A DNA stretch of 63,943 nucleotides, filler included, from Globobulimina sp. (GCA_003354225.1; 43 parts of 43 records of this genome joined end to end with filler, not necessarily neighbours in it), one strand, 5' to 3'; positions 12,010 to 24,758 are shown, counted from the first letter of the whole stretch. Notes: generated by a model from the sequence alone, not told the origin. Numbers and translations are program-made.

Positions 12010-13104
12010 TCACAATGACAATGACAGTGACAGTGACAATGACATATTATTGCAATCGATATCGGACAAAAATATAATTGAACGCATATTGCTTGGTATT
12101 AAACATTTAATTATTGCTGCAACAAAATGTGAATTATTTTCAAATATATTTGATATTATAACTTGTGATATATTTGAATTTATTGATCGTACGAACTGAC
12201 ACAATGTATTTATATTATTTGTCTTATTCGTTTGAGTTAATTTTATATTAATATTCGTCCAATGATTTGCCGCCAATGCGATTGTTCGAAATTTTTTACT
12301 TACAAACTGCAATGATAATAATTTGTCATTTTGATGCAAAAAGGAACTAATTTTTAACCAAACTTTCATAAACAGACTGGCACGAAAATTGCATTCATAT
12401 TCAACCATAATTTCATTTGAATCATCGCTTAAATCATAGTCATAGTCATAGTCATAATGCTTATGATCATATTTGAATTTATTGTCATTGTCATTGTTGT
12501 TGTTGTTGTCATACATAATATGCATGATTGGTGTGACCGGCGTCGTACTTCGGAGACTATCACCATTTGAACTGTCAGTCGCTGCCATTTCCGCTTTAAT
12601 TGCAATGGGCGGCGTAATTGGCGGTGATACCACAATGCCATACTTCTCAATATTAAGCGATACAAATTCATCCTCTTCATCGTCCTCAGCGATTGTATTG
12701 GTTTGACGGCGAAATAAATTGCCATTTTGATTAATATTCAGTGACAACTTCTTATTTATACTGTGACTTCGTTCCATTTGTTGCATCTCTACAATCTCTT
12801 CACTCTCATTCTCATTCTTATTGTCATTGCCATTGTCATTGCCATCCGGTGTTGAACTTGAAACAGTGGCTCTTTTCCGTTGTTGTTGCAACTCGACATA
12901 ACCAAATATGTTGCTCCATAAATACAAAGTATGTTTGTGATCAATTTTATTGCCAGGAATTGAGGTGAGATCAATCATATATTGTTTTAAAAGGAATCGA
13001 TACAATAATACAGAGGTTGTTGTTTGTGACAATGCGAAAAGAATCTGTTCATCGGAGGCTTCGTCCACAAGTGTTAGTAATGCTTCTCTTGTTAAAGGGT
13101 TCAT
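12010..13104 (-). CDS. F-box-like protein
   Basis: 'KVWLKISSFLHQNDKLLSLQFVSKKFRTIA...HW' F-box pattern after a low-complexity region. Confidence 0.55.
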   Translation of the reverse strand: MNPLTREALLTLVDEASDEQILFALSQTTTSVLLYRFLLKQYMIDLTSIPGNKIDHKHTLYLWSNIFGYVELQQQRKRATVSSSTPDGNDNGNDNKNENESEEIVEMQQMERSHSINKKLSLNINQNGNLFRRQTNTIAEDDEEDEFVSLNIEKYGIVVSPPITPPIAIKAEMAATDSSNGDSLRSTTPVTPIMHIMYDNNNNNDNDNKFKYDHKHYDYDYDYDLSDDSNEIMVEYECNFRASLFMKVWLKISSFLHQNDKLLSLQFVSKKFRTIALAANHWTNINIKLTQTNKTNNINTLCQFVRSINSNISQVIISNIFENNSHFVAAIIKCLIPSNMRSIIFLSDIDCNNMSLSLSLSLSL

Positions 13105-13834
13105 GACTTGAGCTAGGTAGAGGTTTTAGTACTTAATCAATATTCGCGGAGTTATTTAAAAATTATCGTTTTTGAAAATGTGACAGATATTGAGGAGGAT
13201 TCGTGATTAGACCCATCCATTATCCCTTCCTATTCTATCCCGTTCCAATTCTATGTTTAGTTTTGATGCTGTATCATACCAATTGACTAGTGCCAACTAA
13301 CTTTTTCTTAGCTACNNNNNNNNNNNNNNNNNNNNNNNNNNNNNNNNNNNNNNNNNNNNTTAATTAATTAANNNNNNNNNNNNNNNNNNNNNNNNNNNNN
13401 NNNNNNNNNNNNNNNTATTAATTATAGTCAAATCAATCCATGACGTAAAGATGAATTGATCACTGTCTCTGAATGACTCGATGTAGAGAAATATATTTGC
13501 ATACAAACCCCTTTAGAGATCATATACACCGCACCATAGGTTCCAAGCACTCGTACTCAAGGCGAATTCGACCGGATAAATTCCAAAGGTCTAATCCATA
13601 GACCGGAAACGCTCAGAAGTCCTCAGTTTATTTGGAGACTCAAAAACGAGTTTTGTGACTATCAGAACCGACGTTGCTGTGTGCTCCGATAATCGCAATG
13701 GCGATGACAATGGCTTTGGACAGGAAAATTATATCGATTGGAGTCCCTCCAATTCGTTGGCAATATTAACTTTTAGGTATAAAATTATACGAAACACGTG
13801 TTATATGTCTCTGTTTCTGTTATAAATACACAGA

Positions 13835-14497
13835 ATGTGTCATAATTTTGAACGAGAGCATGATCGCTTGACATTAATCGACGGCGATAACTATAATTAT
13901 GCGGAAAATAAGCATAAGGAAAGGGAGGAAGTGCCATTATATGTATTAGCAACTAATTTGTATGAAAAATTTGTGCGTGAAAATAGCGAATATGAGATAA
14001 ATTTGCCTAGCAAAGTGAAGTCAAAATTGCATTTTTTTTTCCATCAAAATTTTGCAGATTTGGATGATGATGATATTGAATATAATGAATATCGCTTATT
14101 TCACATATTTGACAAAGCGTGGGCCGAAATATGGCATTTATTGACGCTGAACTCATATCGGCGCTTTTTGAATTCAAGCCATTATTTGTCGATAGAGAGT
14201 CAGTTAGAACTCGCGCTGTGTGACGAGAAGCCGTCGTTGCATCGGTTGATTGTATTGGATTCGAACAATGACGAATATATTGCTACGCTCATTGAGACCC
14301 ACGATCCGTATAAACGGAGGAAAGTTTTATCAAAGTCTAGATCTAAGGGAACTAAATTGAATTCATTAAATATTGAGGAAATACATCAGTTGAAACCTAC
14401 TTCGTTGATAAATATTGGTGTGGCTCCCCTGCCCATTGACGAACAAGTGCATCATTTTGGGAAAACTCTCACAAAAGTTAAAAAAGCCAGAGTGTAA
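13835..14497 (+). CDS. RGS-domain protein, last exon (intron about 13778-13833 upstream)
   Basis: 'LYEKFVRENSEYEINLPSKVK' and 'IFDKAWAEIWHLLTLNSYRRF' RGS box motifs. Confidence 0.8.
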   Translation: MCHNFEREHDRLTLIDGDNYNYAENKHKEREEVPLYVLATNLYEKFVRENSEYEINLPSKVKSKLHFFFHQNFADLDDDDIEYNEYRLFHIFDKAWAEIWHLLTLNSYRRFLNSSHYLSIESQLELALCDEKPSLHRLIVLDSNNDEYIATLIETHDPYKRRKVLSKSRSKGTKLNSLNIEEIHQLKPTSLINIGVAPLPIDEQVHHFGKTLTKVKKARV

Positions 14498-14905
14498 ACT
14501 AAAAGTATAGCCAGACATCCGTAGAGATTTATTTTTAATATCTGTAGAATAATTTGAATATTTTGTTTGTTTGTGTTAAATGAGTAGTTGCTTTACAAAT
14601 AAGTAATAAGTTTTTGATATTCTACATCGTCGCCTTCGCAAATAATTAGTGGTCCGAAGCTTGAGTAATCATCAAATTCGAGCATATCAATATTATCAGG
14701 ATCTACATCGTGATGATATTGAAAATAATTTGTATTTAATTTTTCTCTGATATTATAAATTCCCCAAAATTCTCCATTTAAAAATGTTGCAGCAGGTTGA
14801 TATGANNNNNNNNNNNNNNNNNNNNNNNNNNNNNNNNNNNNNNNNNNNNTTAATTAATTAANNNNNNNNNNNNNNNNNNNNNNNNNNNNNNNNNNNNNNN
14901 NNNNN

Positions 14906-15351
14906 TGCTTTATCCAGAAACAGTGACTGTTAATTCATTTACGCCCAGCGGAGTGTTATGGATCGTGATTAGTGCATTGGTCGCATTTTCACTGCACACA
15001 TCGATGAATGTTGCCATTGCATTGACATCACCTTTTTATCTGGGAATTGTGTCGCAATTAGTAATTCCAATGACGTTTTTTGTTGATGTATTTGTCCACA
15101 ATTATAAATTCAATGCATATGCAATGTTTGGAGCCTTGTTTATCATCGCTTCATTTTTAATCTTGGAAATTAAACCAAATTATAATAAGATTTATTCATT
15201 TTTTGGATATTATAAGGATGCAAAGAAAATTAAGCCAAGCACTTCTGCCAAGGATGTGAATAACGAAAATTGTACGAATGAATCTGTAAAAGGATTATTA
15301 ACGCATTCAACCGAGAAATCTAATAATTATGGAACCATATCTCAAGTGTAA
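14906..15351 (+). CDS. EamA/DMT (SLC35F-like) transporter C-terminus
   Basis: 'IALTSPFYLGIVSQLVIPMTFFVD...MFGALFII' TM pattern. Confidence 0.7.
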
Positions 15352-15460
15352 ATTATTATTTTTTATTTTATTTTTTTTTCTTGTATTCATTTTTATTTTT
15401 TCAAAAACATTTACATTTTAATAAAAAAAGAAATCAAAGAAGAAAAACTCAAAAACTCAA

Positions 15461-16295
15461 ATGGCAATCAGGTTTATACTGAGTTTATTGTGTTTATTGA
15501 GTTTGTTGAGCGCAAAGGAAGAATGTGGATGGAAGGTAAAATATGTAGGGTTTCCAAACAAATTTCATTATTATTCGAGTTGTAATGACAATAAATTTTT
15601 TTCGGTAACAATGACATCAATTACAGAATACACGCCGCGGGGTCCAACCTACAATACCATTACATTTGAATTAGATGGCGATGACTGGAATTGGTTAACA
15701 GCACATGGTGAACAAGTAAAATTTCATGGATTTGATTGTATATTCAATAAATATGTTGCTAGATTAAGTCCTTTGTTGCCAGGTAATTGCTTCATGAATT
15801 TAACAACCTATTTATTTGAAGAAAGCGCAGAAATTCATATTGATAATTTTAGATATGTTTTTATTGATAAATATGCATTGAAATGGAATACTGAAATTGA
15901 TGAATGGCCATGGTTTTTTTCAAATGATTATCTTGAACTTTGCATGCAATTTGAAGCAGATATTGGTGGTGTTACTGATTTAAAGCAGAATGAGTTTTGG
16001 TTAAATTTTACATTTGCTGCAGATTTTCAAATTTCAATTCCAAAATTAATTACCTGTAATGATGTAATTAATGTTAATGTCGATATAATTATGGAAAGTG
16101 GACAAAACTTGGTTGATATTCGTGTAAATATACCGTACTGTGGTGGCAGAATATATTTTGATCCAATTGTGCATAGCTCATATATCGGTACACCAGCACC
16201 TAAAAAATTAACTGGTGGGGAAATTGCGCTCATCGTATCTGCGAGACTAATTTGTATTGCGCTTTGTATTGGATTGGTTTATTTTTGTTATTCAT
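15461..16295 (+). CDS. Type I membrane/secreted protein of unknown function, 3' partial
   Basis: Signal peptide, Cys-containing ectodomain, 'YFDP' then C-terminal TM helix. Confidence 0.65.
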
Positions 16296-16395
16296 NNNNN
16301 NNNNNNNNNNNNNNNNNNNNNNNNNNNNNNNNNNNNNNNTTAATTAATTAANNNNNNNNNNNNNNNNNNNNNNNNNNNNNNNNNNNNNNNNNNNN

Positions 16396-17785
16396 CACCG
16401 CAGTCCCGGCAAAGCGTGAAAGCAATGGCTGTCCACATATTTGGTGCATGACATGTCCAAATTCATGGAAAAAGGTCACAACATCGTCATGGCCCAACAA
16501 TGCCGGCTTATCCTTGCTTGCTTTGGGAAAGTTGCACAACATAACATTTACAGGTAACTGTCTCCCAACTTCCTCGCCCGAATCATCATACATTCTGCAG
16601 CCAGTTTGCAGAGTTATTTTGCAGGCATGGCCATATTTGCCTGGCCGGGGATGTAGATCCAAAAAGAAATGGCCCACCAATGCCCCGCTCGCACTGTCCA
16701 TGACTTGGTATAGCCCAACCTCAGAATGCCAGAATTTAAATTGCGACTCGCTCTCTTCGACGGGCAAAAAAAGCAAACCCAACAATGTCTGATAAATGCT
16801 CAATGCGCCATCGATCACAGTTTTCAACGGGAAATATTCCCGCAACGCTTCCTTATCGATCGCAAATTCCTTCTCTTCTCTCAACGTGCAATAATATCGG
16901 AAATCGTATTCATGGATCACAGCATCAAACTGCTCGCCACACTGTTTCCTCTCTTCCCGCTTCAGCGCCAGCAATGCATTCATGTCCTCCTTGGCCAACG
17001 GCTCCATTTTCGCATTCAAATCGTGCAAAAAGTCCCACACAGTCTGCGGCTTTCTCGCCATTCGAATTTCCAACACATGCTCAGAATGCGTGGCCTTCCC
17101 CAACAACGCCGCGTGTTCGTACCGCAGCCGCACCAATTCCTCCATAATGGTCGTGTTCTGCGCCATGCACTTTGAATTATGCGCAAACAGCAGCTTCTCC
17201 CTCGTCGCTGCTACCTTACATTTGCGTAAAATTGGGAACAAATCCGGATATTTCAGAGTCACATCGTACTTTCCAGCATCGTCGCCATCCGAAATCAAGC
17301 GAGCTTCCTTCCAATCTTCCAACATACCGTCCAACTCTTTCTCCTCCAGCACAAATTTGCTGTTTTCCTCATTCAAATTCTTTGAAAACTCGCTGGAAAT
17401 TGCGCTCATTCTTTTTTTTATAGCTTTAATGCGTGCATAGTTTTCGTCCGATAAGTCCAACCCCGATCGCCTGTAATCCCTCAATGTAAAATCTAAAAAT
17501 CGCCTCCATTCTGGCTCCAGCACAATATTGTCGACATTCACTTTTTCAGCGTAGAGTTTAATAGCATTATACACATCTTTTCGCATAGAAACCTCCACTG
17601 CAAATTTGCGCAACTGTACCTCTGCAGAATTGGAGGCATCGCGGATGGCTTTGTCGGGCGACACATTTTGCAGAAAAGTCACGCAGTTTTCGATGCCACT
17701 CAAGCGTTGATCCAATTGTATCAACGGCACCAATATGCTTTGTGTGGTCAGGTTTTCATTGTCTTGGATGGCAGCAATATTATCC
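16396..17785 (-). CDS. Thimet oligopeptidase/neurolysin (peptidase M3A), internal fragment
   Basis: FFLDLHPRPGKYGHA, TFFHEFGHVMH zinc motif, VTLKYP. Confidence 0.95.
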
Positions 17786-17885
17786 NNNNNNNNNNNNNNN
17801 NNNNNNNNNNNNNNNNNNNNNNNNNNNNNTTAATTAATTAANNNNNNNNNNNNNNNNNNNNNNNNNNNNNNNNNNNNNNNNNNNN

Positions 17886-19275
17886 TTTTTTTTTTTTGCT
17901 GTTTGTGTTTTTTGCGTTTTTATTGTTTTTGTTTTTATTTTTATTCCTGCCGTCACCGATTAATTCCTTTTTTTTTGCTTTTGATTTTGATTTTGGCTTT
18001 GAACGAGCTTCAGATTTGGATGCCGTTCGTTTTTTTGATTTTTTATTTGCTCTCGAAATCACATCTTTTAATGAAGTCGAAGTCTGTGACCGATGCATTA
18101 CTTTCTCGATTTCAATGTCAATTTCATTGTCATCACATCCTTTCTTTTTATTTCTATTCAACTTTTTCTTTTTTATCTGTTTTTTATCTTTCATTTTCCC
18201 GCTCAATTTCGACGCAGATTTGCATTGCAACGTTGCTCTCGTTTCCTGTCTGCTTTTTTTATGCAATGTGCGCGTTTTCGTTCTCTGTGCTTTTGTTTTT
18301 GAAATGTTCTCACTAAAATTATCATCCTTGGCATGCATTTGTTTTTTTTTAGTTTTATTATTTTTTTTCTTTCTAACCTTGACTGACTCGCTCGAATTAC
18401 CTCTTCCTTGCGGCCGCGGCGTCATTTTAGGCGTAGACAATGGCACAGCTTTAATAACTTTTTTTCTTTTCCCATCTCGGCCTTTACCACTGGCAACAGA
18501 CCGACTTCTCCCTTTTGGCTCTATCTCTGCGGCCATGCCATTCGATTTCTTCTTCTTCCTTCTCTTCCGTTTCTTGCTTTTATTTTTGCTCTGGATCCCC
18601 AAACAACTGTCATCCTGACTCGATTGCTGCGAATGTCTGTTACTTTTATCACTTTTCTTGCTGAGAGCACTCGCAACAGACACTGTGCTGTTACTGGCAA
18701 TCGAACATCGATCGAACGGGATTCCAACGGGATTTGGTACGATTACACGCTCCTCGCTGGGCGTAGGAGTGCCATTGCTTTGTTGAACCAGCAAATGTGT
18801 CTGCATTTTATCTTGATTTCCCTCCACTTCTTCTTTAATAGTCGAGGGCTGTTCATACGGTTTGGATTTCGAACTGTTGTCATTTATTATACTGCTCGTC
18901 ACAGATTTGCGCACTGCTTTAGATTCGTCGCGGTTAAATACCGATATTCTGGGAATATGGAACCGTTTCAGTAAGCCATAGGACTGTGACGATTCAGTAT
19001 GGATTGCCGCACTTTGCTTCGATTTATCATTTGTGGAGCTCGCGTCTCTTCGTTTTAGCTTTGCTTGCCGCTCTAATGCGCGTTCTTGCTGTTCCACGTC
19101 ATATATTTCCTTTTGCCTCAAAACGTGCGTCTTGTAAAATAAAATAAACGTTACGAAAATTACAACATCGCAGACTGCCCAAATCGTGGCAAAATTGACA
19201 AAATGTTCGCTGAATAACTGTAAATGCTCCGCAATGGATAAAATCGCGAGTATGGATTGAGTGAAAAAGCACAAA
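17886..19275 (-). CDS. Membrane protein with a long Lys/Ser-rich cytoplasmic tail, fragment
   Basis: Contig-long ORF; TM helices followed by low-complexity sequence. Confidence 0.55.
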
Positions 19276-19375
19276 NNNNNNNNNNNNNNNNNNNNNNNNN
19301 NNNNNNNNNNNNNNNNNNNTTAATTAATTAANNNNNNNNNNNNNNNNNNNNNNNNNNNNNNNNNNNNNNNNNNNN

Positions 19376-20067
19376 ATTTCATCGATGCTCAATAAGCCCG
19401 CAATGCGACCGCTTTGCGAACGTTTCTCAGTGTAAGTGGTGATATACGTGGCTGAGGAACGGGTTTGATTGCAATAAATGCTGTAGTTACAAATGAATTT
19501 GCTCCAAATGGAGGGGAAGGAGATAAGGGTTAAGTATACGGTGCAAGAGCCTTCCTTGCGATCGCCGTTGGGATAGGCCGATAAATACCATTTCAAGTTG
19601 TTCATTTCAAAGATGTCGGAGGCGAAACGTTGTTTATGTTTGGCGTTGATGAAGTTTTTGATGATGTTGGGATTGTCGATATGCCAACAAAATAAGGTGC
19701 CGTTCATTTTGGGATAGAAGTAGGTTATGATCGAGATGATGGCTGACGGGATCTCGTCGGTTAAGTGCTGTCTGCGAATGTAGCCAAGGATGAGGATGGA
19801 GGCTTTTTCCATGCCGCATTCGATGTTGCTGATATAGTCATTGTCTGCATCGATGTTTGTGTCGTGGTCTTCGTTGTTGTCTGATTGTGAACGCGGTGAG
19901 GTTGATATTGGTGAGGATATGAGTGGGGAATTAGTTATAGGAGAGGAGGATAATGAGCCTGCTGACTTTTCGTAGATGTGCATGGGTACGGTTGATGCGT
20001 TTATACTTAGATTTTTACCATTTTGTGCAGTGGAGATGTCAGGTTTAAGTTGATTTTCTTGTGACAT
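19376..20067 (-). CDS. MATH/TRAF-domain protein with 'GYIR..IP..I' motif, 3' partial
   Basis: 'FCWHI...SDIFEMNNLKWYLSAYPNG...CTVYLTL' MATH motif. Confidence 0.8.
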
Positions 20068-20352
20068 GATCTTAAGTAAGAAGTACTTCAGCAAAAGTTT
20101 AATAATATATTCGTTATAACACAGACACAAGCGCAAATGTTTAGCATCACGGCATTCGTCAAACAACCAGCAATCCACTGTTTATTTCAAAAATCAAAAT
20201 ACATTGGAGAGCTTTATAATATTCGAATTCCAGACATTAAAGATAAAGAGCAAAACAACACATCATATTGATTTTTAGTGTATGTAAATATTTATTGAGA
20301 CATTCTTTTCTCATAATCAATTTTTGATTGAGTTGTTATTGATCCTTGCAAT

Positions 20353-20765
20353 ATGAAGATCATTTCGTTGTGCTTGTTTTCAATAATATTTGATACAAAT
20401 ACTGCTTCTAAATGGCAGGGCCAAAAAAGAATTTGGAGAATAGGCACTGATGAGGGCACATTTCGAATACCTGTGAATGGCGGGGTGGTAAAGACTAGAG
20501 AATGGAAGGACGGAGACCCGCAAACACTCAGTTTTAGCATGAGAGTGCCTGACGAGGTTTACAACAGCTGGCAAAATCTGATCACAGCGCGCAGTCCAGA
20601 CCGCTATAGATATCATGCGTTTGTAGCAACGGGTCAGGTAATGTGCAAGATGCATAATCCAACATTCCAACAAATAACAGCTTTATTGGCCACCAATACA
20701 CATGACATTCAGTTAAGTTACTATAAATATTCATGTATACACTGTATTTCATATATATATATATA
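20353..20765 (+). CDS. Small predicted secreted protein, unknown
   Basis: Signal-peptide-like N-terminus and coding-like composition. Confidence 0.4.
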
Positions 20766-21003
20766 NNNNNNNNNNNNNNNNNNNNNNNNNNNNNNNNNNN
20801 NNNNNNNNNTTAATTAATTAANNNNNNNNNNNNNNNNNNNNNNNNNNNNNNNNNNNNNNNNNNNNTTTGGTGGCCCTTTGGCATTTTCTGCCTCTGTTTC
20901 TACATTTGATTGTATCACTTCCTCCATCATTCAAATCAAGTGCACATTTCAACAAACAATTTGATGAAAACAACTGAAAACTGTATGCTTAAATTAGCTA
21001 ATA

Positions 21004-21617
21004 ATGGAAAAACAATTTATTAATATCACCATTAAATCCACGAGTGAGTGTTTTAGGGAAGATGTTAAAATACATTGCCACCGTTTGAGTAATCCAAGAA
21101 ACGTATTTCAAAAACTATCATTCAAAACAAATTGTGCGTCAAATGTCAAGTTGGCTCAAAATGGTAAATATTTTGAAAACGGTACACTAGCTTCAAATGG
21201 TGTGGTGGATGGAGATGTTTTATATGCGGATTACAGTGAACCAGATGATTGGACTGGGCAAATGTATGCATATCTTAACATGTTCCTTTTTGAATAAAAT
21301 GCCAATGAGTATATGCGTATCATTTGAACAGTTATATAAGGACCGAATCTTCAAAGACGATAACTCGGATCGTGAGTAGTTATGAAACAGTTAAAAGTGT
21401 GAAAAAAAAGATTCAAAAAATTGCACCAAAGCAACAGAAATTGAATTTTAATGGTTTGCCAATGGAGAATGCGCGCAAAATATGGTATTATGGAATAAAT
21501 GAAGGATCGACATTGGACTTAATATCCGGATATATTGGGAGCTATGATGATGAGAATCAGCCTCTTCTTACATCCTCAAATCGCCGTACATGTTGCAATA
21601 AGTGTCTTATCTTATAA
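21004..21617 (+). CDS. Tandem ubiquitin-like protein ending in CaaX, intron 21264-21331
   Basis: Splicing gives GQIYIRTESSKTITRIVSSYETVKSVKKKIQ (ubiquitin N-terminus), then YGINEGSTLDL; ends CCNKCLIL*. Confidence 0.8.
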
Positions 21618-21750
21618 AAACATTTGTATCTGTAGCTATGATTTTACTTGAGAAAAATTAAAAAATCTTACAGTAAAAAAAAACTTTCCCTACTATCTTT
21701 ACAATAATTCGACCAGTTCCCTAGCATTCGGAGTGTGACAAGTCACAAAT

Positions 21751-22255
21751 ATGGGTTCTTGTTTCAGCACACAAACATGTATATGTACCACCCGCCATTT
21801 AGCAGCAGCTGCAGCTGCAGCTGCACAGTCTGTGGCGCATTTGGAAGAAGAAAATTCAGTAAAAATCTTGTTATTAGGCACATTGGGATGCGGCAAATCG
21901 AGCATACTCAGACAATTACAGAAACTCAGCGATGAGCCGCGAAATATAGCAGAGCCACACATGTCGGCATACATCAAAGAGGCAGTTGTTGCGGACATGA
22001 AAACATTATGCGAATATCCTCAGTTATGTCTGCATCAAAGTCATGAATATCTTCGTGATGAGATGGTGGCATTGCAGAGTCCATTTAAATTGAGCCATAA
22101 CATTGCGTTTAAAATCAAAGAATTGTACAAAGACATTGCTATTCGGCAGACATTGCAGAAACGGGATGATTTTGGACTTTCTGTGTGTGAGAATATTGAT
22201 TATTTCTTTGATAAAATGGACGACATTGCGTTGGATGGATACGAGCCGTCGTTTG
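21751..22255 (+). CDS. Divergent heterotrimeric G-protein alpha subunit, 3' partial
   Basis: MGSC acylation site, VKILLLGTLGCGKSSILRQL P-loop, helical-domain tail 'YFFDKMDDIA...YEPS'. Confidence 0.8.
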
Positions 22256-22391
22256 NNNNNNNNNNNNNNNNNNNNNNNNNNNNNNNNNNNNNNNNNNNNT
22301 TAATTAATTAANNNNNNNNNNNNNNNNNNNNNNNNNNNNNNNNNNNNNNNNNNNNCCAAAAACGTACAAATTCAATTTCTCTTTATTTAAT

Positions 22392-23745
22392 ATGTATGTT
22401 CACATAGTTTATGAAAGTACGTTCAACATTGGATATAGATTTTATTTTTGGCCGTATTATAATCCAAAAAAAGAAATTACAGAGAAAGTGGAGGAATGGT
22501 ATTGGAACAAAAACGATCATAATGGATACCAACCGCATCAATTATATGTTGCAACAAAATATGCCTCCATTAAAGACGAAGTCCTCCACAACAAAATATT
22601 TAGGATTGATGTCCATCAATTTACCGATTCTAGTACGAAAACAAGAAAATATATGAATACGTCAAAAGTGAAAACCATGAAAGTCATACAGTTAATGGGT
22701 CAAACAGATCCATTAAAATATGACATAAAAAATGGAAGTCCAATTACATTTAACCACATATTATCCATAATTTTATATTGTGACCAAACCGAATTATCGC
22801 GTGAATTTAGTAAAACATTTCGTAAAACCTCAGCACATCAATCAATTGCCGATATTATACAAAAAAACCGTGAATATGCAATATGGGCTCGTCTGCTTCG
22901 GGAAGTAGTCGAATATTATGGACACAAAGGATTTGGAGATGTGGTGGACGTTTCTAGTTCTTTTGTGATTAATACAAAAACAATAAACAGATTGATTGGG
23001 CCATTTTTTTGCGGCTTATCCGCGGAAATCGCCATGCCTGAATTTAGCATACGGCTATCGAGTCCAACCAGCACTTCCAGACAACCACAAATTGCCTTAA
23101 ATTTTGCAGGTCGTGGCGGCGTACTAATACAATTAAATAATACCGGAACAGAAATCAGTGGTGATTTGAGAGGGTTTGATTGTCGCTGGATATCAACATT
23201 TGGGCAGGAAGATGAAGTTTTATTTGTTGGCGGGGAATATCGCATTAGAATCGAGAGTGTGATTCTTGTTGCAACGCAGTCCAATTTTGCTGCATTTTTT
23301 AAATCCTTATATTATTTTGACTGTATGCTAAATGGCAGCCATTTAAATGGATATTATATCGATGTTATATCGAAAAAAAAAGACTATAAAACACTGGATA
23401 CGTTAATTAGACACAAGTTAAAAGAGAAAGACTTTGTTAATAAATGTGCAAAATATATCAATGATACATTTGAATCATATACGAATAACAAGAAAGAAAT
23501 AATTTTAAATCTGCATGAAATCGATGTTAATTTATCAAAAATAGCTGATTTAATGTTATATCCATTGAAAAAAACAAAAATATTCAATCCAACCAAATGG
23601 ACACAACAAACAACATCACATCAGATGAATGGTGAGAAAATTAATCTATTTCGACCGAAATTACTTCGCTTATTTAAAAATATTCAACGTATTGTTATAT
23701 ATTCGTCGCAAATCGAATATGTGGAATATGAATTGGATGTATTGC
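22392..23745 (+). CDS. ADP-ribosyltransferase-like (STS/ExE) family protein, fragment
   Basis: FFCGLS...PTSTS...ALNFA...ISTFGQEDEVLF; paralogous to 37247-38635. Confidence 0.6.
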
Positions 23746-23845
23746 NNNNNNNNNNNNNNNNNNNNNNNNNNNNNNNNNNNNNNNNNNNNTTAATTAATTA
23801 ANNNNNNNNNNNNNNNNNNNNNNNNNNNNNNNNNNNNNNNNNNNN

Positions 23846-24758
23846 AATATCGGAACTGAGTGGAGGGAGCGATGTGGCTCAAATCACAACGACTGCAGAA
23901 AAAACCGCTGATGGCCAATATTATATTGTCAATGGCAACAAATATTGGATCACAACTGGTCACCGTGCCGATTATTTTGTGACTTTGGTGCGAACCAAAC
24001 CGATTGATACAGGACGGCATGGCGTGAGTTTATTATTAATACCTCGTTGCAAAGGCGTGTTTACGTCAAAGATACAGGTTCAAGGAACGCGTGGTAGCGA
24101 TACTGCAGCGGTGACATTTGCAAATGTCAAGGTATGATAATCTAAAATATGCACAGTAGGATGCAAAATAAAATAACAGCTCTCATAACTCATAAGGTTC
24201 CAGTGGCAAATTTAATATATGCAGAAAACAAAGGATTTGTGCCATTGATGACCAATTTCAATCGGGAGAGGTTTATAATTTGTGCGGGCGTTGTAGCCAA
24301 TTCTCGTTTGTGTGTCACCGAAGCAATTAAATGGGCGAAGGAAAGGAAAACGTTTGGAAAGAGATTGATTGACCATCAAGTGATAAAGCATAAAATCGCG
24401 ACGATGTCCCGCAAGGTGTTGGCGTGTCAATCATTTTTGGAGCGGGTTGCGTATCAAATGAAATATGATCCATATGGCTCGAATGATAAGTCCGTGGTTC
24501 GCAATGTAAGTTTGTTGAAAGTGCAATGCTCGCAATGTTTCCAATATTGTACGATTGAGGCGTCACAAATATTTGGTGTGTGTTTATTGCAATTTATTTA
24601 TGGGTATTTATGCAAATTTAAAAGGTGGGAGATCGTATGTTCGTGGTGGGAGAGGAGGTGTTGTTGAGAGGCTTTATCGCGTTGTTCGACAGAATGCAAT
24701 TGCTGGCGGATCAGAAGAGATTATGCTAGATTTGGCAATGAGACAAGCAAAATTATAA
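23846..24758 (+). CDS. Acyl-CoA dehydrogenase with PTS1 (-AKL), 5' partial; introns 24132-24196 and 24576-24624
   Basis: SEL-SGGSDV, VNGNKYWIT, RKTFGK, QIFGG, IAGGSEEIM; ends AKL*. Confidence 0.92.

Noticed and set aside
16448-17440. Several overlapping + strand ORFs
   Set aside because: Shadows of the higher-GC thimet oligopeptidase gene on the minus strand
17896-18974. Long Phe/Leu-rich + strand ORFs resembling membrane proteins
   Set aside because: Antisense shadows of the Lys-rich minus-strand ORF
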